35,916 nt of DNA from Chiloscyllium plagiosum (lineage: Eukaryota), in NCBI RefSeq assembly GCF_004010195.1, contig NC_057756.1, positions 5,738,562 through 5,774,477 of the forward strand. The letters run 5' to 3'. Below, piece by piece: positions 1-11,838 of this stretch. The notes beneath the pieces are model-generated. The model did no database searches, had not been told where the DNA came from, and was given only the letters and a program-made list of their open reading frames with translations. Position numbers and translations under genes: made by a program. Position 1 is the stretch's first letter, and each line of letters starts with the position of its first letter.

Positions 1-44
1 CGCTGTGAGGCAGCAGTGCTAACCACTGTGCCACCGTGCCGCCC
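1..44 (-). mobile_element. HE1-type SINE, tRNA-derived 5' head (cut by window edge)
   Basis: Reverse complement reads gggcggcacggtggcacagtggttagcactgctgcctcacagcg (A-box TGGCACAGTGG). Near-identical to the SINE heads ending at 9183 and 14257. Confidence 0.85.
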
Positions 45-54
45 ACCAAGCCGT

Positions 55-250
55 ACTACCCTGTGGCTTCTGCACCTTTCCAAAATCTGTTTCCCAATCT
101 GTTTCTCCACATCTCTGCTGCTATTGGGGGGCCTATAGTAAACACCCAACAAGGTGACTGCACCTTTCCTATTTCTGACTTCAGCCCATACTACCTCCAA
201 AGGCAGATCCCCCTCGAACTGCCTTTCTGCAGCCGTTATACCATTACCAG
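55..250 (-). mobile_element. CR1 LINE ORF2 endonuclease-region fragment
   Basis: Reverse complement resembles the CR1 segment at 1990-2120 (YRPP region). Confidence 0.7.
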
Positions 251-589
251 CAACACATTTTTCAGCTGGTTTCCAATGCCGACTTGCGTGAGTTGAGTTC
301 CCGCATGGACTGGGGTTCCCAGGAAGGACTCTCCATCCCAACCTCTCCCCTCTCCTCAGGTTAAATCATCATTGATCGTCTCTGTGATAATGTAAACTTC
401 AGAATTTTAATAACTGTTCATGGATTGGAAAATGAGCAAAGATAAACTTTTACACGTATTTTAAAAAGCAGCAATAACTCTCTTTTGGGAAGAAACTGTG
501 CCTTGAGATGAAAGGGACAGTGAGAAACTGTTATAAAATTAGTTATAGCAACATGGGAAGGAGTTACAGAAGCAAACTGTTGTTCCAAC

Positions 590-2746
590 AGCAGGAAGTG
601 CGGGAGTGTTGAGCAGGAGGCAGTCGGAGAGGTCCAAGGTTACATGTGGGCAGTTGCTTTACCCGAAACACCACTGGAGTAGTGTCTCCCACCCATCCTC
701 CTCCTCTAACCAAAAAAACAGTTCTGTGCATCAGTTGATAAGATGCTAAGTGTTTTCTTTTGTGTTTCATTTTGTCAACGGTCTATTTGGGAATTTATAA
801 TAGTGGGAATGGAGGTTAGGCGAGTTGAATGTTCCTCCTGCAGTATTTGGGAGGTAAGGATCACCTCTAGTAGCCCCGCTGACTTCATTTATGGAAAGTG
901 CACCCAACTCCAGCTCCTCGAGAACCGTGTTAGGGAAATGGAGCTGGATGAACTTGGGATCGTTCAGGAGGTAGAGGGGGTTATTGAGAGGAGTTACAGG
1001 GAGGTAGTTACTCCATAGCCATGTGAAGAAGGCAGGTGGTTTACTGTCCGGGGTAGGAAAGGGAACTGCCAGGCAGTGCAAGGAATGCCTGTGGTGGTTC
1101 CCCTCAACAACAGGTATACTGTTGTGGGGGAGGACCTACCAGGGGTAAGCAGTGGCACATAAGTCTCTGATGCAGAGATGCTGAGAAGGGAAGGGGGAAC
1201 AGCAGCAGAGCTTTCATCATTGGGGACTCCATAGTTAGGGGGACAGATAGGAAGTTTTGTGGGAACTGGAGAAACTCATGATTGGTCTGTTGCCTCCCAG
1301 GTTTGTGATGTCTCTGATCGTGTTTTCAGGATCCTTGAGGGGGAGCAGCCCCAATTCATGGTCTACATAGGCACCGACGACATAGGTAGGAAGAAAGGTG
1401 GGGATATCAGGCAGAAATCCAGGGAGCTAGGTTGGAAGCTTAGCACTAGAACAAACAGTTGTTATCTCTGGTTTGTTTCCTTTGTGACGTGCTAGTGAAG
1501 CAAGGTACAGGGAGAGCGCGGAGCTGAACACGTGGATGCAGGGATAATGCAGGAGGGAGGGTTTTGGATTCTTGGATAATTAGAGCTTTTTGTGGGGTAG
1601 GTGGGACCTCTACAAACAGGATGGTCTTCACCTGAACCAAAGGGGTACCAGTATCCTGGGTGGGGGGGGAGATTTGCTAACACTCTTCGGTGGGGGTTTA
1701 AACTAATGCAGCAGGGGGATGGGAACCTGCATTATAGTTCCAGTGTACAGGAGGTTGAGGGTAGTGAGGTCAGGGATCAGTTTACAAGGTTGCAAGAGGG
1801 CACCGGTAACCAGGATGTTGGTTTGAAATGTGTGTACTTCAATGCCAAGGGCATCCGGAATAAGATGGGTGAACTTGTTGGTACCTGAGATTTCGATGTC
1901 GTGGCCACTTCAGAGACATGGCTAGAGGAGGGACAGGAATTATTGTTGCAGATTCCGGGATTTAAATGTTTCAGCAAGAACAGAGAAGATGGGCTGAGGT
2001 TAGAAACAGGAAAGGAGCAGACACCCTGTTGGGAGTTTTCTATAGGCCGCCGAATTGTTCCAGGACTGCAGAGGAAAGGGTAGCAAAGATAGGAGTGAGA
2101 GTAGCAGGGTAGTTGTGATGGGGGACTTTAACATCCCCAATATTGACTGGGAATACTATAGTTCAAGTAGTTTAGATGGGTCAGTTTTTGTTCAATGTGT
2201 GCAGGAGGGTTTTCTGACACAGTATGTAGACAGGCCAATGAGGGGCAATGCCATATTGGATTTGGTACTGGGTAATGAACCCAACCAGGTGTTAAATTTG
2301 GAGGTGAGTGAGCACTTTGGCAAGAGTGACCATAATTCAGTTACGTTTACAATAGCAATGAGCATGGATAGGTATATACCACAGGGAAATAGGTATAACT
2401 GGGGTAAAGGCAAATATGATGCGATTAGGCAAGATTTAGGATGCATGGGATGGGGAAGAAAACTGCAGGGGATGGACACAGTTGAAATGTGGACCTCATT
2501 CAAGGAACAGATACTGCAGGACCTTGATGTCAAGAGAAGGAGCCATGGTTTACCAAAGAAGTTGAAGCTCTTGTCAAGAGAAAGAAGAAGGTTTATGTGA
2601 GGATGCGGTGTGAAGGCTAAGGTAGGGGGCTTGGGTGTTATAAGTTAGCCACAAAATATCTAAGGAGATGGCTAAGAAGAGCCAGGAGGGGACATGAGAA
2701 TTTGTTGGCGGATAGGTTCATGAAAAACTCTAAAGTTTTCTATAGG
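590..2746 (+). mobile_element. CR1 LINE-A, 5' part: ORF1 (Zn finger + SGNH esterase) and ORF2 APE endonuclease, degenerate
   Basis: ORF1 motifs CSSCSIWE..KCTQLQLL, IIGDSIVRG, IGTDDIGRK and DGLHLN. ORF2 motifs CVYFNAKGIRNK, SETWL, MGDFNIPNIDW, LDLVL and SDHN. Multiple stops and frameshifts; 5' boundary approximate. Confidence 0.9.
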
Positions 2747-3155
2747 TGTCGTGGAAATTAAATCAACTTGACTCAATAATTTGCAAGTGCAAAGCAAGGG
2801 TCTTTATTAGAAATCTTTCAAGATTGACTCATTAAACTAGATGCCTCAATACAATGAATACCGAAAAATTACACAGATGCCTGCCTTATAGCGTCCCTTA
2901 TCACACTCTCAAGGGCAGAGACTGGGGAAACTCTAGTTATTATCCTCTCATCCCCTGGTCCTAGATATAACAGTTATTCAGCTTTCACTGAGTTCGACTA
3001 CGGCAAGGTCGAGTTGAATGTTTACAGATTTCAAACAGAGATAAACTAACTGCAAACCGTCATCAAAGCATCGTTTACAAAGCACAGCACAGCATTGATT
3101 TAAAATTGACTCATTCTCTTTAAATTTCACAGTAAATGGATAATTTTCCATTACC
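2747..3155 (-). repeat. 3' LTR of ERV-A (~409 bp)
   Basis: Imperfect terminal inverted repeat (TGTCGTGGAAATTA at 2747 vs GGTAATGGAAAATTA on the minus strand from 3155). AATAAA on the minus strand at ~2806-2811. Abuts a polypurine tract. Confidence 0.75.
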
Positions 3156-3169
3156 TTTTCCCCCTTTTT
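3156..3169 (-). other. Polypurine tract of ERV-A
   Basis: Minus strand AAAAAGGGGGAAAA immediately before the LTR. Confidence 0.75.
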
Positions 3170-3170
3170 G

Positions 3171-3467
3171 TCATTTTATGACAACAACGACAACTACAGC
3201 AACAATAATAAAAATACATGGCCAAAATAGCTATACATCAGAAAATGTTGAGGAAACACCAGGCCTTTCCTCAGATACCACCTACACAAAACACAGCTTT
3301 GTGGTGGTATCGTCACTTGCTCTGGTATGCCCTGTACACAGCCCATGTTCACACGTCACACTCGTCAAAGCCATGGTAGGGAGGGGTCCACGCAATGCCC
3401 CTGCCCTTATGAATAGTCCTACCAGGGCGCTTGCTAGAAGTGTGAGCTGGGGCAGCCCCATATTCAT
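3171..3467 (-). pseudogene. Small ORF in env position (98 codons, hydrophobic N-terminus and C-terminal TM segment), two in-frame TAG
   Basis: Reads MNMGLPQLTLLASALVGLFIRAGA...LCFV*VVSEERPGVSSTFSDV*LFWPCIFIIVAVVVVVVIK*. Its ATG overlaps the pol TGA (ATGA), and it stops just before the PPT. Confidence 0.5.
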
Positions 3468-4732
3468 GTGAGGCTTCTAATCACTACTTGCACGTAATTG
3501 GTTCCGGTGCTGTCCGATGTCTCCTCAGGCCCAGCTACACGCTTGCAATGGCTGGTGTGTATTCACATGACTCTTTCTGTGATCTTAACTGCTGTCTATG
3601 TTATAAGGAGCACGTGGAACAGTTCCAGCCACCTCTTCGCCTTCCAGTTTTTCCTCCTGAAGTCTTTCACCACTATCCAGTCTCCAGGTTTTAGATCGTG
3701 CAGCTTCCCTTCCACTGGTTGGGATACTGCTGCTTTCACGTGATTCTGTATTTGGGACAAAAGTGTAGCGAGTTTTATACAGTAACGCAACATCTCATCC
3801 TCACAGTGGCCTGTTATCTGTCTTACCTTAAGTCTTGGGCCAATTCCTGTATTGAGCGACCCATCAAACAAAATCTCAAACCAGCTAAGATTAGCTCTTC
3901 TTCTCCTCCTCGAACACATATACATGAGCACAATCGGAAGTGCCTTTGTCCATGTCACCCCTAATTCCGCACAACATTATGTCCATTTATTTTTTAGGAT
4001 AGCATTTTCTCTTTCCACTGCCCCACCGCTTGCTGGGTGGTAGGCACAGTGTTGTCTCATGTTTATTCCCAAGTAATCATTGATCTGCTGTAAGGCGTTA
4101 TTGACAAATGGTGTTCCATTGTCGCTACTAAGCCTTTCAGGGATGCCGCATCTCGGAATTATCTCAGTTACCAAAGCTTTGGCTACGGCACTGGCATCCT
4201 GTTTAGACGTAGGGAAAGCTTCCACCCATTTGGAAAACATATCAACTATTACCAGACAATACCTTTTCCCTTCGCTGGGCGTTAATTCAATGAAATCCAT
4301 CTGTAAATGTTCAAAAGGTTTTTGGGGTTGGGGGTGTGCTGACTGACTCATCTGTATTCCCCTCCCCACAGTATTAGTGACACAGATAACACATCGTTCA
4401 CAATATTTCTGGGAGTAGTGAGTAAATCCCTTAGTGTACCAGTGTGCGGTTTTTGGGGTTGGGGGTGTGCTGCCTGACTCATCTGTATTCCCCTTCCCCA
4501 CAGTATTAGTGACACAGATAACACATCGTTCACAATATTTCTGGGAGTAGTGAGTAAATCCCTTAGTGTACCAGTGTGCCGAAATACTGTCGTACATCCC
4601 CCCTTTTGACACATGGTCCTTACCGTGTGTCAGTTTGGCATAGAATGGGAATAATGATGGTGGTAGTCAGGGTTTACCATTGGGGCCACACCATACTCCT
4701 TCCCGCACACTGCAACCTGCTTTTGTCCACCC
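3464..4732 (-). pseudogene. pol: ERV-A pol 3' end: integrase (class I/epsilon-like)
   Basis: HGKDH..CVIC Zn-binding domain, DDE core (LQMDF, SDNG, VERE), C-terminal LKPGDWIVVK...IHTSHCK. Frameshift near 3960-3977 and stops in the C-terminal part. Confidence 0.9.
4317..4579. repeat. Tandem duplication 131/132 bp within integrase
   Basis: 4317-4447 vs 4448-4579 differ by one substitution and a 1-nt indel. Confidence 0.95.
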
Positions 4733-4740
4733 ATGCTCCA

Positions 4741-6226
4741 GGATTAGATGGGATTGAGGTTGACAAAGAGGAGGTTTTGGCAATTTTTGAAGATCTGAAA
4801 ATAGATAAGACCTCTAGGCCGGGTGGAATTATTCTCTGATTTCTGGGAAGCCAGTGAGGAGATTGCAGAGCCTTTGGCTTTGATCTTTATGGTCAACAGG
4901 AGTAGTGCCAGAAGACTAGTGGATAGCAAATGTTGTTCCTTGCTTAAGAAGGGGAATCGGGACAACCCTGGTAATTATAGGCCAGTGAGCCTTACTTCAG
5001 TTGTGGGTAAGGTGTTGGAAAAGGTTATAAGAGATCAGATTTATAATCATCAGGAAATAAATAATTTGATTAGGGATCGTCAACACGGTTTTGTGAAGGG
5101 TAGGTCGTGCCTCACTAACCTTATTGAATTCTTCGAGAAGGTGACAAAACAGGTGGATGAAGGTAAAGCAGTTGATGTGGTGTATATGGACTTCAGTAAG
5201 ACGTTTGACACAGTTCCACACGGTCGGCTCTTGCACAAAATACGGAGTTTTGGGATTGAAGTGATTTAGCGGTTTGGATCAGGAATTGGCTAGCTGAAAG
5301 AAGACAGACGGTTGTGGTTGATGGGAAATGTTCATCCTGGAGCTCAGTTACCAGTGGTGTGCTGCAAGGATCTGTTTTGAGGCCACTGCTGTTTGTCATT
5401 TTTATAAATGATCTGGATGTGGACGTAAAAGGATAGGTTAGTCAATTTGCGGATGAGACTAAGATAGTCAGAGTTGTGAATAGTGCCAAAGGATGTTGTG
5501 GGTTACGAGGATCATAGATAAGATGCAAAGCTGGGCTGAGATGTGGCAAATGGAGTTTAATGTTGGAAAGTGTGAGGTAGTTCACTTCGGAAGAAATAAC
5601 AGGAATGCAGAGTGCTGGGCTAATGGTAAAATTCTTGGCAGTGTAGATGAACAGAGAGATCACGGTGTCCAGGTGCATAAATCCCTGAAATTTGCCACTC
5701 AGGTTGAAAGGATTGTTAAGAAGGCATATGATGTGTTGACGTTTATTAGTTGGGGGATTGAGTTTTGGAGCCATGGGGTCATGCTTCAGCTATACACGAC
5801 ACGGGTAATGCCACACCTGGAGTATTGCATGCAGTTCTGGTCACTGCATTATAGGAAGGATGAGGATGCTTTGGAAAGGGTTCAGAGAAGATTTACTAGG
5901 ATGTTGCCTGGTATGGAAGGGAGGTCTAATAAGGAAAGGCTGAGGGAACTGAAGCTGTTTTCATTGGAGAGAAGAAGCTTGAGAGGTGACTTAATCGAGG
6001 CAAATAAGATAATCAAAGGGTTAGATAGGGTGGACAGTGAGAGCCTTTTTCCTCGGATGCTGAAGGCTAACATGAGGGGACATAACTTTAAATTGAGGGG
6101 AGGTAGATTTAGGACGGATATCAGGATTGTTTCTTCACCCAGAGTAGTAAGAGCATGAAACGACCTGCCTGCATCATTAGTAGATTCGCTGACGTTAAGG
6201 GCATTTAAGTGGGCATTGAACATATG
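4741..6226 (+). mobile_element. CR1 LINE-A, 3' part: reverse transcriptase domain, degenerate
   Basis: Motifs NYRPVSLTSVVGK, QHGFVKGRSCLTNL, YMDFSKTFD, QGSVL, FADE (normally FADD) and LEYCMQFWS...LRGDLIE. Confidence 0.92.
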
Positions 6227-7434
6227 TAGAGTCATAGAGATGTACAGCACGGAAACAGACCATTCAGTCCAACCCGTCCATGCCGACCAGATAATCCAAC
6301 TCAATCTCGTCCCACCTGCCAGCACCCGTCCCATATCCCTCCAAACCCTTCCTATTCATAGACCCGTCCAGGTGCCTTTTAAATGTTGCAATTGTACCAG
6401 CCTCCACCACTTCCTCTGGCAGCTCACACGTGCCACCCTCTGCATAAAAAAGTTACTCCTTAGGTCTCTTTTACAGTGGAACCTCGATTATCCAAATATC
6501 AATTATCCGAAGTTTGGATTATCCGAAGGAGAGCTCGAGTTCCCGATAGAAACGTTACGTCAAAGAGCTGTTTCAACGCTGATCGCAACTTTTGTTTACA
6601 GGTACAATGACTAAAAATGAACTCGGCTCACTGAGATGCTGCCGAGAACAGTCCTGGACAAATTACTGACCTCCTGCCCTCTCTCTCTCTCCCCCCACAC
6701 TTTCCCTAGAGTTTGATGGAGGGATGAACCCTCCATTCCCCAGCTAATCTCTCTAACATTGTCCTGTATGGGCAGAGGTGGAACCTGTTGAAATGTTGCA
6801 GTTAAAAGGTGTGTGTCTCGCAATTTGGAGAATCACCCCCCCAAAGACAGTTACAGTCTTATTGTTGGTGTACAGTCTGGCTGCCCCGGGGGTGAGTCGA
6901 CTGGGGACGGATGGGGTTGAGAGCGGACTGGGTTGGGGGAGCAGGTTGGGGGGCGGGTTTTCACGCGTGGTGTGCTGCTGCCTCGTCTCCTGAACGGGGA
7001 GCAGACTTCACAGAAAACTCCAAGCCCCAGAGGAAATCAATTAACCCAATAATCAATTATCCGAATGAAAAAGTGCCCGCCCATCTCGTTTGGATAATCG
7101 AGGTTCCTCTGTATATCTTTCCCCTCTCACCCTAAACCTATGCCCTCTCGTTCTGGACTCGCCCATCCCAGGGAAAAGACTTTGCCTATTTACCCTATCC
7201 ATGCCCCTCATGATTTTATAAACAGCTATAAGGTCACCCCTCAGCCTCTGACGCTCCTGGGAAAACAGCCCCAGCCTGTTCAGCCTCTCCCTGTAGCTCA
7301 AGTCCTCCAACCCTGGCAACATCCTTGTAAATCTTTTCTGAACCCTTTCAGGTTTCACAACATCCTTACGATAGGATGGAGACCAGAATTGCATGCAATA
7401 TTCCAACAGTGGCCTAACCAATGTCCTGTACAGC
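6227..7434 (-). mobile_element. CR1 LINE 3' end, interrupted by a MITE, running into the gap
   Basis: Tail ctctatgactcta on the minus strand. ORF 7053-7421 LEYCMQFWSPSYRKD...RGDLI. Flanks rejoin across 6474-7111. Confidence 0.9.
6474..7111. mobile_element. Non-autonomous Tigger/pogo-like (Tc1/mariner superfamily) MITE, 638 bp
   Basis: 23-bp TIRs CAGTGGAACCTCGATTATCCAAA / CAGAGGAACCTCGATTATCCAAA (22/23 match). TA duplication at 6472-6473 and 7112-7113. Subterminal ATTATCCGA repeats. Confidence 0.9.
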
Positions 7435-7703
7435 NNNNNNNNNNNNNNNNNNNNNNNNNNNNNNNNNNNNNNNNNNNNNNNNNNNNNNNNNNNNNNNNNN
7501 NNNNNNNNNNNNNNNNNNNNNNNNNNNNNNNNNNNNNNNNNNNNNNNNNNNNNNNNNNNNNNNNNNNNNNNNNNNNNNNNNNNNNNNNNNNNNNNNNNNN
7601 NNNNNNNNNNNNNNNNNNNNNNNNNNNNNNNNNNNNNNNNNNNNNNNNNNNNNNNNNNNNNNNNNNNNNNNNNNNNNNNNNNNNNNNNNNNNNNNNNNNN
7701 NNN
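7435..7703. other. Assembly gap (269 N)
   Basis: Run of N. Confidence 1.
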
Positions 7704-7821
7704 TTAGGTAAGGGGTAAATGTAGGGGTATGGGTGGGTTGCGCTTCGGCGGGTCGGTGTGGACTTGTTGGGCCGTAGGGCCTGTTTCCACACTGTAAGTA
7801 ATCTAATCTAATCTAATCTAA
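7704..7821 (+). mobile_element. HE1-type SINE 3' end with (ATCTA)n tail
   Basis: Reverse complement of the 3' part of the SINE at 8873-9183. Confidence 0.85.
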
Positions 7822-8260
7822 GCTGGAGAGGGTTCAGAAGAGATTTACTGGGATGTTGTCGGGAATGGAAGGTTTGAGTTATAAGGAGATGCTGGGACTT
7901 TTCACTGGAGCGTAGGAGATTGAAAGGTGGACTTTATAGAGATTTATAAAATCATCAGAGATTTGTTTAAGGTGAATGGCAGCTGTCTTTTCCCTCCAGT
8001 GGGAATTTTTAAAATGAGAGGAGAGAGATTTTAAAAAGACATGAGGAGCAACATTTTCATGTGTGGAATGAGCTTCTGGAGGACGTAGTGGGTGCAGGTG
8101 CAGTTACAGTGTTTAAAATACATCTAGATAAGGAAATGAATAAAAAATGTTCGGAGGGATATGGGCCAAGTACAGGCAGGTGGCACTTGTTTAGTTTGGG
8201 ATTGTTGTGGGCATGGACTAGTTGGACTGAAGGGTCTGTTTCTGTGCTCTATGACTTTAT
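7822..8260 (+). mobile_element. CR1 LINE 3' fragment
   Basis: LERVQKRFTGML... followed by a 3' UTR ending gggtctgtttctgtgctctatgac. Confidence 0.8.
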
Positions 8261-8872
8261 TAATTGGGTAATAGCGAAGTTGAGTTGTAGGCTTATACTT
8301 GACTGATCTTGTATTTGGTTGCTACGTGCAACTTGGCTGGACATGAATGACCATCCTCTCAAATAGGTTTGTATGTACTGTTGTGGAAGTGTCAAATGCG
8401 ATTGCAAATGTAAGGGGAATTTTAGTTTCAAAGGAAGGCTGTATTCATATTCTCTCCACCCCCTGTTCAGTTTCTAGCTCATCCTTTACTCTGTCCAAAA
8501 TTGCTCCTAATTTCCAGACTTACTGTTGTTTTGGGCATTCCTGTCCGCCATGTCTTTTGATTTAATGTGACAGTAAAACAGCTGTTCTTTTTACTATCAC
8601 ACCAGCCAGTAACACTTGCAGCACAGTAGAACATTGAAAACTTCCAGAGAGAATCTACAAAACAAGATTTACACTCACGTAAGAAAGCAAAGAAATCAAC
8701 GGATGACCGTGGAGCATTTTGAGTGAACACGTGAGAGTTCAAAGTTGAGAATTTGGATGACAATATGCCTGTGTTGGTTCCTGCGGTCACCGGATTGTCG
8801 GAATCATGGAATATGTAAACCAGAAGGACAGGCGAAATGTATGGAGATTATAATCTGGCGTCCAGCTGATGT

Positions 8873-9183
8873 TTAGATTAGATTAGATTACTTACAGTGT
8901 GGAAACAGGCCCTTCGGCCCAACAAGTCCACACCGACCCGCCGAAGCGCAACCCACCCATACATTTACCCCTTACCTAACACTACGGGCAATTTAGTATG
9001 GCCAATTCACCTGACCTGCACATCTTTGGACTGTGGGAGGAAACCGGAGCACCCGGAGGAAACCCACGCAGACACGGGGAGAATGTGCAAACTCCACACA
9101 GTCAGTCGCCTGAGGCGGGAATTGAACCCGGGTCTCTGGCGCTGTGAGGCAGCAGTGCTAACCACAGTGCCACCGTGCTGCCC
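8873..9183 (-). mobile_element. Full-length HE1-type SINE
   Basis: tRNA-like head with A box and B box (GGTTCAATTCC), CR1-like 3' end and (ATCTA)n tail. Near-identical to 13938-14257. Confidence 0.9.
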
Positions 9184-9799
9184 ACCAAAGGGTGTGGTGC
9201 AGGATGTGGAGATCCAAAGGCAACAATGGAATAAATGGCTGTTTTACCAATTATGAGCTGAGACAAGGGTTTAGGAGGTGCCTTGAAGATGTAAAAAATA
9301 ATTCTTCATGATGATGGGAAAATCTTTTTGCATTTATTGCAGTCTTTCGTTGTGAAGCCACATTGCAAACAGAGTTGATCAGAGTCAGTTCCGTCTGAGC
9401 TAGATAGAGTCAGTGAGAGCCACAAAGTGTTTTGATGGGAGCACTGAGGATGTCAACTCATCTGCCCCATCCAACCGCATTCTCAATCTTCAGATCCCAT
9501 GTTTTCCTGGCTTTGAGTCCAGCAAGAATTTGGAAATGCATTGGAATAGCTGACACCCTGAATTCGGCAAGACCTCAGCAAAGGTTCCCTCATTTTAGTG
9601 TGTGTTCCTCCTACTCTCTGCCATGTGGGACATTCCCTAGAGACTAACCACCCCTTGGATTCAGAGATATCCTCTTGCAGATTAGGGAACAGCGATTATT
9701 TTCAAATATGATGGTGTCTGCATTGCCTGTGGGAGGAGAGGTGCAGAACTTTTACCCAGCCACAATGAAATATTTTTAAGTCAAAATGAAATCTGGTTT

Positions 9800-10330
9800 G
9801 GAAGGGGACTTGACCTGTAGGTGGTATTCATTGTTGGTTCTGATGTCTTTGGTGAAGCAAGTGATTACTGAATGTAGTGATTGCCCCACCAATCAATTGG
9901 CTGTTTGTACTGCTCAAAATGGAGCACTCAACAAGATACATGATGAGCATTCCATCCCACCAACGTGCTATGCTTTCCGGGTGGTGGACATGGTTCGGAG
10001 AGGCAGGCAGGGAGCTGATTGCCACAGTATCTGACATACTCCTATGGCCACATCACTTGTATAGCTAACCCAGTTTTTGTCAGTATTTGGTTCAGGTTGT
10101 TGGTCACTATGCACTCAGTGATGATAAGCCAATGGGAAATTGGTAAGTTCCCACATTTTGGAGATGGTCATTTTCTAGGTCATGTGGGATAGGAATGTTA
10201 CTTGTCAACTGTAAGCCCAAGCTGGGTGTTATCTTCCTGTATATGGACACAGATCTAAGGAGTTGTAAGTAGTGCTGAATCACTAGCAATCACAAGCAAA
10301 CCTCTCCACTTCAGAAATGACAATTGCCCA
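9800..10330 (-). mobile_element. Old degraded LINE (CR1/L2 group) fragment
   Basis: Patchy reverse-complement similarity to 20400-21110 (e.g. aatgaccatctc). Boundaries approximate. Confidence 0.4.
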
Positions 10331-10469
10331 GAGGGGCATAGATAAGGCAGCGGCAGGTTTGAGGGCTGAAGACTTCCTGCAAAGATTAAAAATGCAACCC
10401 ATTTTAAACAATGAGAGACTTAACAGCAATCTAGGTTTGTCCAATACATCATATGAGTTGCAAGACACT

Positions 10470-10646
10470 ATGATCTAGTGCTATAAATTCTGTGTCTTAT
10501 GATCCTGCCCCACGAGCTACCTGATAGAGGGGCAACACTCCGAAAGCTAGTACTGTACTCCCAAATAAACCTGTTGAGCTGTAACTTCTTGTTGTGTAAG
10601 TTTTAACTTTGTTCACCCTGGTCCAACTGGCACCACCTCATCATCA
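10470..10646 (+). repeat. Penelope-type terminal repeat with degenerate hammerhead core
   Basis: cctgatagaggggcaacactccgaaagctag followed by aataaa. The 3' part resembles 21128-21195. Confidence 0.6.
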
Positions 10647-11114
10647 TGACGGCTGAGATGATTGACCTCCAACAACCAAAACTATCCTTACCTATACTCA
10701 GTATGATACTAAAGACTGTTGTAATCTCATTGACTGCAATTTCTCAAGGGTTCCTTATTGTGAATATATGTTCATTAATTTATATGCATAAGAGCTGAAC
10801 CTTTCAGTAATTATAATATAATTCTAAAAATAAACACATCTGATTAAGGAGCGGATATTCAATGTTTCTGTAAATCCTGAGATTGTCACACATTCAAGTT
10901 CACAGGTAGTTGGGTTGTAAGGTCCAAGGCTATGGAACAAAAAATGGCAATTTGGACACCCAGGTTGAGACAGAATGTTTGTCATTATCACACTTCATGA
11001 ACAGAAATGCTCACAATTCTGTAAATTGGATTATAAGTTCTGTTATTGACATAACATATACAGACGGAAGGCAGAATCGAATTGTTATGCCTTAGGTGGG
11101 TATTGTTACACGTT

Positions 11115-11453
11115 GCTTGGCACTGCTCTCTCACAGTGCCAGGGACCCGGGTTCAATTCCAGCCTTGCACTACTGTCAGTGTGAAGTTTGCACATCCTCA
11201 CCATGTCTCCCTGGGTTTCCTCCATACGCTCTGATTTCCTCCCACAGTCCAAAATGTGGTTAGGCGAATTGGTCATGCTAAGTTGCCCTATAGAGACCAG
11301 GGATGTGCAGGATAGGTGGGTTAGCCATGATAATTGCAGGGTTATGGGAATAAGGTAGTGGGGTGGGTCTGGGCGGGATACTGTTCAGAGGATTGGCGTG
11401 GACTCAATGGGTCAAATGGCCTGCTTCCACACTGTGTGGATTCTGTGAATCTG
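11115..11453 (+). mobile_element. Older HE1-type SINE copy
   Basis: cactgctctctcacagtgccagggacccgggttcaattcc head, body similar to the young SINEs, tail gcctgcttccacactgt...gattctgtgaatct. Confidence 0.85.
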
Positions 11454-11838
11454 AGGTAAAATACTTCATTCACGATTTTCTGCATTTAATGTAGCACATT
11501 CTGTGTTCATCTCTCCAACTCAGTTGTTAATCATAACCATAACATTGCAGGTATATTAGTGTTAGTTATTTGTTGAAACAGACATTTTTATTCCTAGTAC
11601 TATTATATATTGGTTTAAAACTAATGGACATTCCTTACCAAAATCTCTTCCTCCCATGGAAGACATACAACACAAAGGGAAGAGCAGGGACCACTGGAAA
11701 ATTAACTGAGGATAGATTATGAATTACAGATTCAAAAATTGTTGATCAAAATCTAATCAGATACATGAAATAGAGACAATTCTAACTCTAAATCTGTCCT
11801 TATTAATGCCTACAGAAGATGTGTCAGCCATGCGAACC

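Noticed and set aside
4317..4579. Direct repeats as CRISPR-like array or LTR pair
   Set aside because: Two adjacent copies without a spacer inside integrase, in a eukaryotic context.
7140..7792. Long ORFs containing X runs
   Set aside because: Artefacts of the N gap.
8897..9256. Repeated ORF MWKQALRPNKSTPTRRS... (also 13965-14315 and 7355-7792)
   Set aside because: Antisense translation of HE1-type SINE copies, not a gene family.
11115..11170. tRNA gene
   Set aside because: A/B-box-like sequence continues into the SINE body with no complete cloverleaf or terminator.
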